Made by a program: the position numbers and the translations under genes. The notes below the pieces were generated by a model. The model was given only the letters and a program-made list of their open reading frames with translations, did no database searches and was not told the DNA's origin. From Candidatus Woesebacteria bacterium (lineage in GTDB: Bacteria > Patescibacteriota > Microgenomatia > UBA1400 > MFAQ01), in the NCBI GenBank assembly GCA_035389185.1, contig DAOORK010000001.1:257006-321005 (forward strand): a stretch of 64,000 nt of DNA. The letters run 5' to 3'. This document shows, piece by piece, positions 9,282 through 18,710 of this stretch. Position 1 is the stretch's first letter; each line of letters begins with the position of its first letter.

Positions 9282-9318
9282 TGTGAAAAAGCAAAAGCCC
9301 TCCTTTCGAAGGGCTTGA
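9282..9318 (-). terminator. Rho-independent terminator of the lipoprotein gene: stem AAGCCC/GGGCTT (9295-9300 / 9311-9316) with a 10-nt loop containing the palindrome CCTTCGAAGG, followed on the minus strand by TTGCTTTTT.
   Basis: GC stem plus U-tract 20 nt downstream of the stop codon of the 9337..10179 gene, read on the minus strand. Confidence 0.5.
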
Positions 9319-9336
9319 AAATAATTTACAAATTAC

Positions 9337-10179
9337 TTACTTGTAGAGAACGATGGGGCCTAGAAGATAAAGATTTAGAGACTCGGTAGTCCCCTTTTCA
9401 TCGTCACGAGTAATATTGGCGGCCATGGACCAGGGCTTGTTATTGAGTGAGAAAGTAAGGACACCGTCTTTTTCGGTATATTTTAGATCTTGATATGATT
9501 GACCGTCATAAATGGCGGCTCCGGTAACGCCCGTTTGACTAACCGTAAGAGTACCAACAATATTTTTGCTGTTGGTGGCAGAAATTACGATTGGATAGAG
9601 AGTGATTTCTTTGTCGGTAGCCTTGGGAAGCCCTGATGAATTGAGAAGAATGAGATTCTCTTTGGCTGTTGCTTTGGAGGCAGTGAAGGTGACTTTCCCA
9701 TCAGGCAGATTGTTCTGACCAGTTACAAAGGTAAAATCTTCTTTTAGAACATGGGTCACTTTTTGACCATCAAAGGTCAGTTTTAGTTTCATTGTTCCGG
9801 ATTTTAAGTCTTTATCAAAAGAACATTTCCCTCCTGTCGAACAACTACCAAGAATAATGGCTTTAATATAAGGATTGGCGATTGGTGTTTCCAAAGTCGC
9901 CCGAGCACCCTTAAGAAGGTCTCCCGAGGTGTATTCAATGTCGAGGACTCCGGACTTGGCTTTGTCACCATTAAGAGCCACAAAGGTAAAAAGACGGTTA
10001 GTAGAGTGAGGCACAAGAAGAAGGAAAGGACGTTCTGTGATAGCTAGTTCATTTACTAAGAGTTTGGTACCTGTAGCAGTGTCGGTGGAAGAAGTTGTCT
10101 TTTTGGCTCCGCAAGCAGAAAGTAAAACAGCAAAAATAAAAATTGGAATAAAGTGTCTAATTTTCATAAGTGATTCCAT
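9337..10179 (-). CDS. Predicted lipoprotein of unknown function
   Basis: 280 aa; signal peptide plus lipobox (FIFAVLLSAC|G), then a Ser/Thr/Lys-rich mostly beta-type sequence; no recognisable catalytic motif. Confidence 0.5.
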   Translation of the reverse strand: MESLMKIRHFIPIFIFAVLLSACGAKKTTSSTDTATGTKLLVNELAITERPFLLLVPHSTNRLFTFVALNGDKAKSGVLDIEYTSGDLLKGARATLETPIANPYIKAIILGSCSTGGKCSFDKDLKSGTMKLKLTFDGQKVTHVLKEDFTFVTGQNNLPDGKVTFTASKATAKENLILLNSSGLPKATDKEITLYPIVISATNSKNIVGTLTVSQTGVTGAAIYDGQSYQDLKYTEKDGVLTFSLNNKPWSMAANITRDDEKGTTESLNLYLLGPIVLYK

Positions 10180-10200
10180 TATAACGCAACACTTTTGGGG

Positions 10201-10743
10201 CTATTTTATCTGCGGACTAATCAGTTTCTTATTCATAATTGACTCAAAATAGACCGAGAGATCGGATGAAGTGGCTGATTGTTTGGGAGCAGGATAACCC
10301 AGATGCCGAAGAAGAAATAAGCCGAATTGGTGACCAAGACGATTAATTTCTTTTTCGCTATCGGCAACCTCAACGGCATCAAGAAATATTTTGTAGGATA
10401 AATATATTTCCCGGTCTTCAACTTCTTTAGGCAAAGTGCCAAGAAGTATTTCAGAAATAGTTAAACAAAGTCTGGTTTTACTAATCGAGTTCTTTATGGC
10501 TGGATAAAAATTGGACGACTCTGCTTGTTCTAAAAATTGAAGATCCTGTCCCCTGCCGACTAAAAACCTAATGAGGTTGAACGGATCAAGGTGGGGTGCT
10601 TTTTTGGAGGATAAACGACGAGCTCCACGAGCTACAAAATCAGCCAACCCGTGTCTTTCCGTGAGAATGGTAACATATTTGTCTGCTTCTCCAGAATCAA
10701 TAGATCTGATAACAATGCCATTGTCCGAGTATGACGACCTCAT
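10201..10743 (-). CDS. recO: DNA repair protein RecO (short form, about 180 aa)
   Basis: N-terminal OB-fold region with ARGARRLSSKK (cf. AKGARS/RKS) and downstream FGLFLLRHLGY (cf. FELxLLxxLGY) typical of RecO. Shorter than the canonical 240-aa RecO; the C-terminal zinc-finger part seems absent. Confidence 0.6.
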   Translation of the reverse strand: MRSSYSDNGIVIRSIDSGEADKYVTILTERHGLADFVARGARRLSSKKAPHLDPFNLIRFLVGRGQDLQFLEQAESSNFYPAIKNSISKTRLCLTISEILLGTLPKEVEDREIYLSYKIFLDAVEVADSEKEINRLGHQFGLFLLRHLGYPAPKQSATSSDLSVYFESIMNKKLISPQIK

Positions 10744-10746
10744 TGT

Positions 10747-12651
10747 CTAGTTCAAAATGAGTTCTTTGTCTTGATCAAGATTAACGACCGTCTCGGTGCC
10801 GTTGTAGATAATCGTGTGCTTGATAGACGTTGTACCTGGCTGTTTTTGGATGAGTAGTTTGTATGTTGAAAGATCCAAGTTGGCAGGAAGACTGTATTTA
10901 AAGACAATTTTACTTTGACTTTCGGGACGCATGGTGAAAAATGCTTCGATAACAGTTTTATCGAGATCTTCAGACACGATCTCTTTTACCTCAGAACCGG
11001 TAACGGAGATCAGAGTGCTCCCTTTAGGAATAAAAAGACGGATGTAATCACGATAGGTACCATTTAAACAGAGCTGACCAGCTTCAAGATTACAATTACT
11101 GCCCTTATAAGGATTATTGTAGTTAACGGTAACTGTTTTGGTTACAGTACCGGCAACGTTTTCAATTTCCTGTTCGACCTCCTTGGTGAGGAACATATCG
11201 GTTTTGGCTCCGCCAAGATTGGCATCATTTACGTGAAGATAGTCATACGCATAACCGGTATTGATTCTCCCTGCGGCGTTAAAGTCTTCGGCCACTATTT
11301 GTGTGTCATCTTCAAAGAAGTAGAACAAAAGATGTTTTTGCTTAATTGAGTCTAGGATAGTGTTTAGAAGTTGTGGCCATAAACGTTTGGGACTACCCAT
11401 GGCGTTGGCCATCATCGAATTCATGAGGGGGCCGAGAACCGCTTTTCTACCGGTCACTATTTTGTTTGTGGGACGATCGGCAATTAACTCAAGAGCGTAA
11501 ACAACCTGTGGACAATCACAACGTGCGTCTGTCTCGGCACTGAAGTTTCCCCAACCACTGACCCCTATTGGACCGATGATCTTGAGAATACTGACTGGAA
11601 GCTGTGTGTCGATCGCGATAATGCCGTCTGGACGTATCATTCCAGGAATTTCGTTGTAGTACTTAGAGAACGTATCCATGGAGACCTTGAAGTCAGGAGA
11701 CATGTTGGAGTTTCTAAGATTAAGATAGGTTTCATTTAGATATTTTTTGATAGCGTCCGGAGCAGGAACTTTTTTATTAAAACGGGCATCAAGATCGTAA
11801 ATATCGTATGAGGAAAGTAGATCGATTTTGCCCTTGGTAACCTTAATGAAGGCATAAGCAGTCATAAAACCACCCGTCGGACGAATCTCAGCATCATTTT
11901 GAAAAATAATCATATATGTTTTGGAGTCAGGATTACCAAGAAGTTCCGGAAGAAGTTTGATGAGAGGTTTTGCCTGAGTAAGAAGCTGAGCTGTTTCAGA
12001 AACCGTGGACTTGATGGTAACAATCTTGCTGCGGATTTCTTTTCCGGCAATCTTAACCGGGTAACGAGATTCTTTGATTTCGGCAAGCTCTTTTTGAGCG
12101 TTCTCCATACTGAGACCGATTTTGTCCAGATCGGGACTTATGGCATCGAGAGTCTGAGCCATAAAAACGATTCTGTCTTCGATTGTTTGAGGTTTATCGG
12201 CTGTCGTACCAGACGGAGTTGCTTCTCCATTGCTAAACCCAAGGAGATCAGCGTAAGGAGAGATAGAAGCGATCAAAATATCACCTGCCTCGACAAGAGC
12301 TTTACCTGCATTAATGGCGTGCTGTCCATCTTTGGTGTAGTTTCCCAAAAGAGGAATTACCGACGTCCAACTGACGGATCGATATTTTGAGTTTAGAGTA
12401 TCAAGCCCTTGAGACAGATTTTGCATTTCGGACTTGGCAGTGACCAAGTCTTGACCTTGAATAGAAGAATACAACTTGTTTCCTGATGTTTGGAGACTAT
12501 TTATAGTCGGCATAAATGACCTTATGGCAAAAAACCCGTAGGCACCAATAATGAGGAATAGCCCAAAGATTATTCCCAAGGGAATTAAGACATAACGAAT
12601 CTTTAAATTCTTAAGTTTCATAAAAATGTTTTTAAATTTATTGATTACCAC
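10747..12651 (-). CDS. DUF4012-like bitopic membrane protein with a large extracytoplasmic domain, associated with polysaccharide loci
   Basis: 634 aa; one N-terminal TM (IPLGIIFGLFLIIGAYGFFAI) followed by about 580 aa soluble domain. Architecture and position next to the PglC-like initiating transferase resemble DUF4012 proteins of cell-wall glycopolymer loci. Family assignment from memory, not a computed search. Confidence 0.4.
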   Translation of the reverse strand: MVINKFKNIFMKLKNLKIRYVLIPLGIIFGLFLIIGAYGFFAIRSFMPTINSLQTSGNKLYSSIQGQDLVTAKSEMQNLSQGLDTLNSKYRSVSWTSVIPLLGNYTKDGQHAINAGKALVEAGDILIASISPYADLLGFSNGEATPSGTTADKPQTIEDRIVFMAQTLDAISPDLDKIGLSMENAQKELAEIKESRYPVKIAGKEIRSKIVTIKSTVSETAQLLTQAKPLIKLLPELLGNPDSKTYMIIFQNDAEIRPTGGFMTAYAFIKVTKGKIDLLSSYDIYDLDARFNKKVPAPDAIKKYLNETYLNLRNSNMSPDFKVSMDTFSKYYNEIPGMIRPDGIIAIDTQLPVSILKIIGPIGVSGWGNFSAETDARCDCPQVVYALELIADRPTNKIVTGRKAVLGPLMNSMMANAMGSPKRLWPQLLNTILDSIKQKHLLFYFFEDDTQIVAEDFNAAGRINTGYAYDYLHVNDANLGGAKTDMFLTKEVEQEIENVAGTVTKTVTVNYNNPYKGSNCNLEAGQLCLNGTYRDYIRLFIPKGSTLISVTGSEVKEIVSEDLDKTVIEAFFTMRPESQSKIVFKYSLPANLDLSTYKLLIQKQPGTTSIKHTIIYNGTETVVNLDQDKELILN

Positions 12652-13295
12652 TTACTAATCATAGCAAATGGAGTCTTCAGAATGATAAAGATATCGTAAA
12701 TTATTGACCGACGTTGGGCATAATCTGCATCGATGGCCACTCTCTGATTCCAAGGAATTTCGTTTCTACCTGAAACTTGCCATGGACCAGATAGACCGGG
12801 TTTGGTGGAAAGACTTTGCTTAATGAGATTTTCGACATTCTTGCCATAACGTTTTTTGGCGTCTTCCAATTCAGGTTCAACATAGGCTCTAGGGCCTACC
12901 AGACTCATCTCACCTGAAAGAACGTTAAAAACCTGAGGCATTTCATCAATACTTGTTTGACGAAGGATCTTTCCTAGTTTGGTGATTCGAGGATCTTCAT
13001 CAAGCTCAAGTTTCCACCCGTTTCTCTTGTATTTTTCATAAAGATCGGGATGAGCTTGCCAGAATTCTACTGCGTGAACGGCCTTGCCATCTATCTCAAA
13101 CATTTTCATTGAACGAAATTTGAGCATTTTAAATATCTTGCCATTTTTGCCAACCCTTTCCGGTCGATAAAAAATAGGCCCTTGGGAATCAAGTTTGATC
13201 AAAATAGGGACAATAATCCAGATGGGAACAAAGAGGATAGCTAAAGTAATCGCACCGATAATGTCAAAAATTCTTTTCGTAAAGTCGTAGAGCAT
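12645..13295 (-). CDS. Small monotopic initiating phosphoglycosyltransferase (PglC/WbaP C-terminal-domain-like sugar transferase)
   Basis: 216 aa; hallmark motifs of the bacterial sugar transferase family: re-entrant N-terminal helix, PERVGKNGKIFKMLKFRSM, DEMPQVFNVL, VGPRA, KPGLSGPWQVSGR. Confidence 0.8.
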   Translation of the reverse strand: MLYDFTKRIFDIIGAITLAILFVPIWIIVPILIKLDSQGPIFYRPERVGKNGKIFKMLKFRSMKMFEIDGKAVHAVEFWQAHPDLYEKYKRNGWKLELDEDPRITKLGKILRQTSIDEMPQVFNVLSGEMSLVGPRAYVEPELEDAKKRYGKNVENLIKQSLSTKPGLSGPWQVSGRNEIPWNQRVAIDADYAQRRSIIYDIFIILKTPFAMISKW

Positions 13296-13360
13296 AGCTT
13301 AATTGTAGTTTAGATTATTTTGATTAATTAATGTGTTATTGCTGGTATATTATTAAGTCT

Positions 13361-14392
13361 ATGATACCAGTAATCATTTGCGGAGGTGTGGGAACAAAAA
13401 TGTGGCCATTGAGTAGCCCCGAACACCCCAAGCATTTTTTACCGTTAATAAACGGAAAGTCACTTTTTGAACTTAACTGGGAGACCTTAAGGAAGCGCTT
13501 TGAGGCAAACGAGATTTACTTACAGACAAATGCCCAACAGGCTGAAATTGCAAAGAGAATAGTTCCCGAGATTGTCGAGGAAAATGTTTTTATTGAACCT
13601 GATTCCAGAAACCAGGGTCCGGCAACAGGTTTGGCCGCTGCTTTATTGGTAAAGAAAGGGATGGGTGACGAACCATTTTTCTTAGTTCAGGTCGATAACT
13701 TGAGAGTTCCTGGAGAAAACTTATTCAAAATGATGGACCTGGCCGAGTCGCTGGGCAAGGAATCGCATAAATACATCACAGGGGGTTTCCTGCCGGATCG
13801 TTTTGTAAAAGGTGTCGATTTTCTAATGAAGGGAGATCTTATCCGTGAAGAGAATGGGGTGAAAATATATAAAGTTGATCGTTATGTTGATAGAAACGAA
13901 GAAGATTTCATCAACGAAAATCTAAAATCTGGAAAATTATTGATTCACGCAAATCACACCTGCATGACGCCAAATGATTTGATGAAGATGTACCAAGATT
14001 ACCGCCCAGACTGGTATGAACCTCTTAAAAAGATTTCTGAGGGTGGAGATATCTCAGAAGAATATGCCAAGATGCCAAAAGGAGCGATTGAGGAGATTAC
14101 CAAACAGGTGCACGCAAAGGGAGACTCGCTCGTTATTGAGTTACCTTTTGAGTGGACTGATTTTGGAACTTGGGATAGTTTGGAAAAATACTATCGTTTA
14201 AACAAGATTTCTGCTCAAAATGGCGGTTTGACGGAAATTGATGCAAAAAATAATTTCTGTATTACTGACAATCAGAAGCCTGTGGCCATCATTGGTTGTG
14301 ATGACATCATTGTCATTGAAGGAGATGACGGAGTACTAGTTTGTCGTCGAGACATGACCGGTAGGGTCGGTGAGGTGACTCAGCCAAAGTGA
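13361..14392 (+). CDS. manC: Mannose-1-phosphate guanylyltransferase (GDP-mannose pyrophosphorylase, short form without PMI domain). The ORF track starts at 13331; the ATG at 13361 (MIPVIICGG) is more likely.
   Basis: N-terminal IPVIICGGVGTKMWPLS (cf. ICGGSGTRLWPLS), nucleotidyltransferase fold; about 344 aa. Confidence 0.7.
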   Translation: MIPVIICGGVGTKMWPLSSPEHPKHFLPLINGKSLFELNWETLRKRFEANEIYLQTNAQQAEIAKRIVPEIVEENVFIEPDSRNQGPATGLAAALLVKKGMGDEPFFLVQVDNLRVPGENLFKMMDLAESLGKESHKYITGGFLPDRFVKGVDFLMKGDLIREENGVKIYKVDRYVDRNEEDFINENLKSGKLLIHANHTCMTPNDLMKMYQDYRPDWYEPLKKISEGGDISEEYAKMPKGAIEEITKQVHAKGDSLVIELPFEWTDFGTWDSLEKYYRLNKISAQNGGLTEIDAKNNFCITDNQKPVAIIGCDDIIVIEGDDGVLVCRRDMTGRVGEVTQPK

Positions 14393-15454
14393 GGATATCT
14401 CCTTCTCGAATGAATTTGAGAATTTTTCGTTGGTGAACTGGAGAGCATTTGCAAGACACTCTTGAGGGTCAAATTCCAGTTTTTCAAATTTTTCAATTGC
14501 ACTAATTAACGAGCCTGTACTTTGCTCATCAAAAAAAATACCGGTTTTCTTGGCAACAATTGTTTCCAACGCACCTCCTTGCCCAAAAGCAATCACCGGT
14601 GTACCACAGGCCTGAGACTCAATTGGTACCAAACCGTAGTCTTCTTCTTGGGGAAAGATTACCGCTTTGGCATGTCGATAGAGATCAATTAATTCTTCGT
14701 CCCCAACAGCCCCCATAAAAGAGATGGTTGGTCCGGCGATCTTGATGAGTTTAGAAAGTTCCGATCCCCTACCTACAACTGTAAGAGGTAACTTCATTTT
14801 GTTAAAAACTTTTATGGCAAGATCGACTTTTTTGTAAGGAACTAGCCGACTAACAATCAAATAGCCGTCACGTTCTGAAGCTTTGATAAGTTTTTTTGTA
14901 TAAAATTTGTTATCAATACAGGGATATATTACAGAAGAATCGCGTTGATAATATTTTTTTATTCTATTTTTTACCTCTTTAGATATGGCGATATATCGAT
15001 CTGGTCGCTTTGATGTGAGTAAATCTACTGTTCGAAAATAATTAAAGAATCTTTTGGCCATTCTAACCTTTTTATCTTTGGCATATTCTTCTGCACCACT
15101 CCAAAAATATCTTGTGGGAGTTAAGCAGTAGCAAACATGTAACTGATTTGGCTTGGTAATTACCGATTTAGCATCGCCACTGGTAATGCTGATAACGACG
15201 TCATATTCTTTAAGATCAAGAGTTTCAAAAGCCATCGTGGCAAAAGGAGCAAGCCATTCATGTTTGTTTCGTAAAAAGCCGATCTTGTTGATAAAGGTAG
15301 GAATTACTTTAAAAACTTTTGCCCAAGGAGCAGACTCTGGATCGTATACCAAAGTGTACAAAGGTGCGTCAGGAAATATCTGGTGAAGATTTAGTAGAAC
15401 ACGTTCAGCTCCCCCAAACTTATTCACACGGTCATAAACAAGAGCAACTTTCAT
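14336..15454 (-). CDS. Glycosyltransferase family 4 (GT-B, retaining)
   Basis: 372 aa; N-terminal GGAERV motif, C-terminal EDYGLVPIESQACGTPVIA (E-x7-E GT4 motif). 3' end overlaps convergent manC by 57 nt. Confidence 0.7.
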   Translation of the reverse strand: MKVALVYDRVNKFGGAERVLLNLHQIFPDAPLYTLVYDPESAPWAKVFKVIPTFINKIGFLRNKHEWLAPFATMAFETLDLKEYDVVISITSGDAKSVITKPNQLHVCYCLTPTRYFWSGAEEYAKDKKVRMAKRFFNYFRTVDLLTSKRPDRYIAISKEVKNRIKKYYQRDSSVIYPCIDNKFYTKKLIKASERDGYLIVSRLVPYKKVDLAIKVFNKMKLPLTVVGRGSELSKLIKIAGPTISFMGAVGDEELIDLYRHAKAVIFPQEEDYGLVPIESQACGTPVIAFGQGGALETIVAKKTGIFFDEQSTGSLISAIEKFEKLEFDPQECLANALQFTNEKFSNSFEKEISSLWLSHLTDPTGHVSTTN

Positions 15455-16590
15455 CAGTCAAAGAGTGTTTTATAAACCAAAAAAGTCTCTTTTGCCATTC
15501 TGTCCCAGGAGTATTTACGAGATTGGATATAACCTTTGGTTGAAAGATCATCACGCAGGGCTTGATCTTTAATTAGGGCTTCCAAACAAGAAACCAGATC
15601 GTCAACTTCATTGGGATTAAAGTAAAGGGCGGCGTCTCCGTAGACTTCCGGTAAACAACTTGCGTTTGAAGAAATAACAGGCAAGCCAACACTCATGGCC
15701 TCAATGCCGGTGAGACCAAAACCTTCCATCTTACTGGGATGAACTAGGGCTAGAGCAAGACTGTAAATCTTCGAAACATCGTCGTCGTTGACGTAGCCTA
15801 ACAGTTTGATCCAGCTCTGAAGGTTTTTCTCGATGATTTTATTATTTAATCTTTCCCAAAACACCGAACGAGAACATATGAGGGCAAGTTGCAGATCTAC
15901 CTCTTTGTATTGATTGTGTTTTTCAATGGCCTGGATTAGAACATCGACGTTTTTGTGTGGATATACACTCCCAGTGTAAACAATGAACGGTTGAGACAGA
16001 TGATATTCCTGAAGTACTTGAAGTTTTTCCTCGGGAGAAAGAAGAACGTCTTTGATTGTCCCCGAAGAGGCTTCATAAGTGACCGTGATTTTTTCTAACG
16101 GGACTTGAAGTCTTTTGGCGAGATCTTCTTTGACAAAATTTGAGGGCACCAAAATATGAGAGGCTTTCTTGACAATTAACCTCATTAATGTGAGATAGCC
16201 GGAGCGCTTTATAAGATAAAGTCCTTGATGGCGAGTGGTTGTACTCGGACCCTTAGAGTCGTGTTTTATCAGGTCGTGGATAGTGAGTAATAGCTTCCCC
16301 GGATACAAAAGTGGAGCGTTGAAATGAGGTACATGTAGAAGGTCGAGTTTTTCTTTGGAAAAAACAAAGGGGAGAAGAGTCTGTTCCGAAAGACTATAAA
16401 TCGGGATATCAGTGACAACTACTTTTACTCGTTTCTTTCCACGAAATTCATCTGCGTGTTGTGATTTTAAAAAGAGGACATACTCATTTTTCTTGTCATG
16501 TTTTAGTAGACCACTGACCAATTTCATGACATATCGACCAAGCCCAGCATGTTCTAAACCATAGAGACGAGCATCAATTCCGATGCGCAT
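15454..16590 (-). CDS. Glycosyltransferase family 4
   Basis: 378 aa; GT4 C-terminal motif EGFGLTGIEAMSVGLPVI; N-terminal MRIGIDAR...GLGRY. Confidence 0.7.
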   Translation of the reverse strand: MRIGIDARLYGLEHAGLGRYVMKLVSGLLKHDKKNEYVLFLKSQHADEFRGKKRVKVVVTDIPIYSLSEQTLLPFVFSKEKLDLLHVPHFNAPLLYPGKLLLTIHDLIKHDSKGPSTTTRHQGLYLIKRSGYLTLMRLIVKKASHILVPSNFVKEDLAKRLQVPLEKITVTYEASSGTIKDVLLSPEEKLQVLQEYHLSQPFIVYTGSVYPHKNVDVLIQAIEKHNQYKEVDLQLALICSRSVFWERLNNKIIEKNLQSWIKLLGYVNDDDVSKIYSLALALVHPSKMEGFGLTGIEAMSVGLPVISSNASCLPEVYGDAALYFNPNEVDDLVSCLEALIKDQALRDDLSTKGYIQSRKYSWDRMAKETFLVYKTLFD

Positions 16591-17508
16591 TTATATGCCT
16601 AATTGATATTTCAAGACTCGAAGTTTCCCTTTTACGGTAATTCCTGCCATGACGAGTGCGGTAACGATCTTTGGATAGCGTTTGCTATAAAACTTTTGGT
16701 AGAAAATTTTCCATGCTGCGGCTGACGATTTGGCAATTTTAATTTTATTGGCTTTGTCAGAAACGGCAGATTTGGCATTTTCCTTTCTGAGACCGGAGCT
16801 AGCACCTCTCAGATGAAGTGTACTAACTTTGGGGTAGTAAATAATTTTATATCCGGCGGCGTTGACACGGTAACAGAGATCAATATCTTCACCATAAAAG
16901 AAATATGTTTCATCCCACATACCGATTTTGATGAATAGATCGGTGGGCATCATCATATAAGAACCGGCGGCTACAGGAATCTGGTGAATTTTATCGAGTT
17001 TTTGAAAACCTAAATGATAGCTATTGAAAAAAGTAGACTTGGGAAAAAGCTTGGCAAATCCAAGGAATTTGGATATTGATGTCCATGGGGTCGGGTATCC
17101 ACGATGGTTGTCATAATCCAAAGAGCCATCTTTTAGGAAAAGCTTGATGGTAATGGCACCAACCTTGGGGTGAGTCTTGAGGTATTTGAGAGGTTTGACC
17201 AGACTATATTTGTTGACAACAGTGTCCGAGTTGAGAAAAAGCACATACTTGGCGTCGGCGGCATTAACACCAACATTGTTAGCTTTCGCAAAACCAAGAT
17301 TCTCAGAGTTTCTTATTGAGATAACACCGGGGTATTTTTTGGCGACCATGTCCATCGAGTCATCAACCGAGGCGTTGTCCACGACAACTACCTGTAGTCC
17401 CCCCTTGGGTGAGTCGGCTCGATACACAGAGGCTAGACAATCATCAAGAAGTTGACGTGTGTTGTAGTTAACAATAATAACCGCGAGTTCGTTTTTATAT
17501 TTTTTCAT
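16591..17508 (-). CDS. Glycosyltransferase family 2 (GT-A)
   Basis: 305 aa; [13 protein letters not shown]...[12 protein letters not shown]...FLNSDT (DXD) motifs. Confidence 0.7.
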   Translation of the reverse strand: MKKYKNELAVIIVNYNTRQLLDDCLASVYRADSPKGGLQVVVVDNASVDDSMDMVAKKYPGVISIRNSENLGFAKANNVGVNAADAKYVLFLNSDTVVNKYSLVKPLKYLKTHPKVGAITIKLFLKDGSLDYDNHRGYPTPWTSISKFLGFAKLFPKSTFFNSYHLGFQKLDKIHQIPVAAGSYMMMPTDLFIKIGMWDETYFFYGEDIDLCYRVNAAGYKIIYYPKVSTLHLRGASSGLRKENAKSAVSDKANKIKIAKSSAAAWKIFYQKFYSKRYPKIVTALVMAGITVKGKLRVLKYQLGI

Positions 17509-18710
17509 TTTTGACCGATTTTTTGGTAAATAGAATCAAGGCTTACTGCAATTTTACGCCAATCAAAATTTTCTTCCACATGTTTTCTGGTTGTGGTGGC
17601 TAGTCTTTCGGCGAGTTTGGGATTTTTTATCACCCTGACAATAAGTTCAGCAATCTTTTCCGGAGTATTACCGATAAGCACATGAACGTTATCTTTTACC
17701 TTGAGTCCTTCAATACCCACCTTGGTAGACACAATTGGTAGCTGACTGGCCATGGCAGCTAGGTTTTTCAAACGTGTTCCACCCGGACCCCTAATGGTTG
17801 AGGCGAATACTGAGGAGTCATGATATGCCTTAACAAGGCTATCAACGTCATCTACCGCAATCTCCGTAACGGTTACTCCCGACTTGCCTTGAGCCGACAG
17901 TTTAATGTCTTCAGTAATGTACTGTCCAATAATAAGCAGTTTGGCTTTGGGTAGGGATTTTTTAACAATTGGATAAACACTTTCAATGAGGACGTGTGCC
18001 GCTTCAATATTTTGCAACCATTTGAAGTTACTAACAAACAAAACGACAGGCTCTTTGGAAGTCCAGTTTGTTTTCTTTTTGAAAAGATCCAGATTAACTC
18101 CGTTTGGGACGATGTCCACAGAAAGTTCCGGATCAAGCTTATTCATTTCATTTTTATCAGCTCTTGATACGGCCACAACCTGGTCGGCTTTTCGCCAGTA
18201 ATAACGTTCGGAGTGTTTAAGTTTTTCGACGTCGATTTGAAGGAGCGGACGTAAAAACCAAGGAGCGGTTTGATCTACATAGTGTTGATAAACTAAGTAC
18301 TCAATAGTCTGATCGACCAAGATTGTGGGGATGTTGGTCTTAGGAAGACTGGGCATAACATAGAAGGTCTCGGCGTGTATTAGATCATAGTCCCCCGATT
18401 GAAGCTCTTTGGCGATAGCCTCTTTTGCACCTTCAGCTGAGTTTCTAACAATCAAAAATGGATCAAGAGAAAAACCTGTTTTAAGAATATTTTTTAGCGT
18501 CCAAGGTGTGGCACTTCTTGTAAAGGTGAGGACTTTTTTACAGTATTTTAGTAAATACTTGATATTTTCATTTTCTTTTTTATCTTTGATCAACGAAACA
18601 AGAGTGATGTCATTGTTTTTGCAAAGATACTTCAAAAGATTGAGAGTTCTAATTTGCCCACCTGAAGAGTCAGGATAGGGAAGATAAGGGGTGAGCATTA
18701 ATATTTTCAT
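17505..18710 (-). CDS. Glycosyltransferase family 4
   Basis: 401 aa; N-terminal [25 protein letters not shown] and GT-B C-terminal domain; ATGA-type 4-nt overlap with neighbours. Confidence 0.7.
   Translation of the reverse strand: MKILMLTPYLPYPDSSGGQIRTLNLLKYLCKNNDITLVSLIKDKKENENIKYLLKYCKKVLTFTRSATPWTLKNILKTGFSLDPFLIVRNSAEGAKEAIAKELQSGDYDLIHAETFYVMPSLPKTNIPTILVDQTIEYLVYQHYVDQTAPWFLRPLLQIDVEKLKHSERYYWRKADQVVAVSRADKNEMNKLDPELSVDIVPNGVNLDLFKKKTNWTSKEPVVLFVSNFKWLQNIEAAHVLIESVYPIVKKSLPKAKLLIIGQYITEDIKLSAQGKSGVTVTEIAVDDVDSLVKAYHDSSVFASTIRGPGGTRLKNLAAMASQLPIVSTKVGIEGLKVKDNVHVLIGNTPEKIAELIVRVIKNPKLAERLATTTRKHVEENFDWRKIAVSLDSIYQKIGQK

Noticed and set aside
9173-9336. Checked the 164-bp mraZ upstream region for a tRNA or small RNA gene
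   Set aside because: The content is explained by a terminator hairpin, repeats and promoter elements. No cloverleaf-compatible acceptor or anticodon stems were found by eye.
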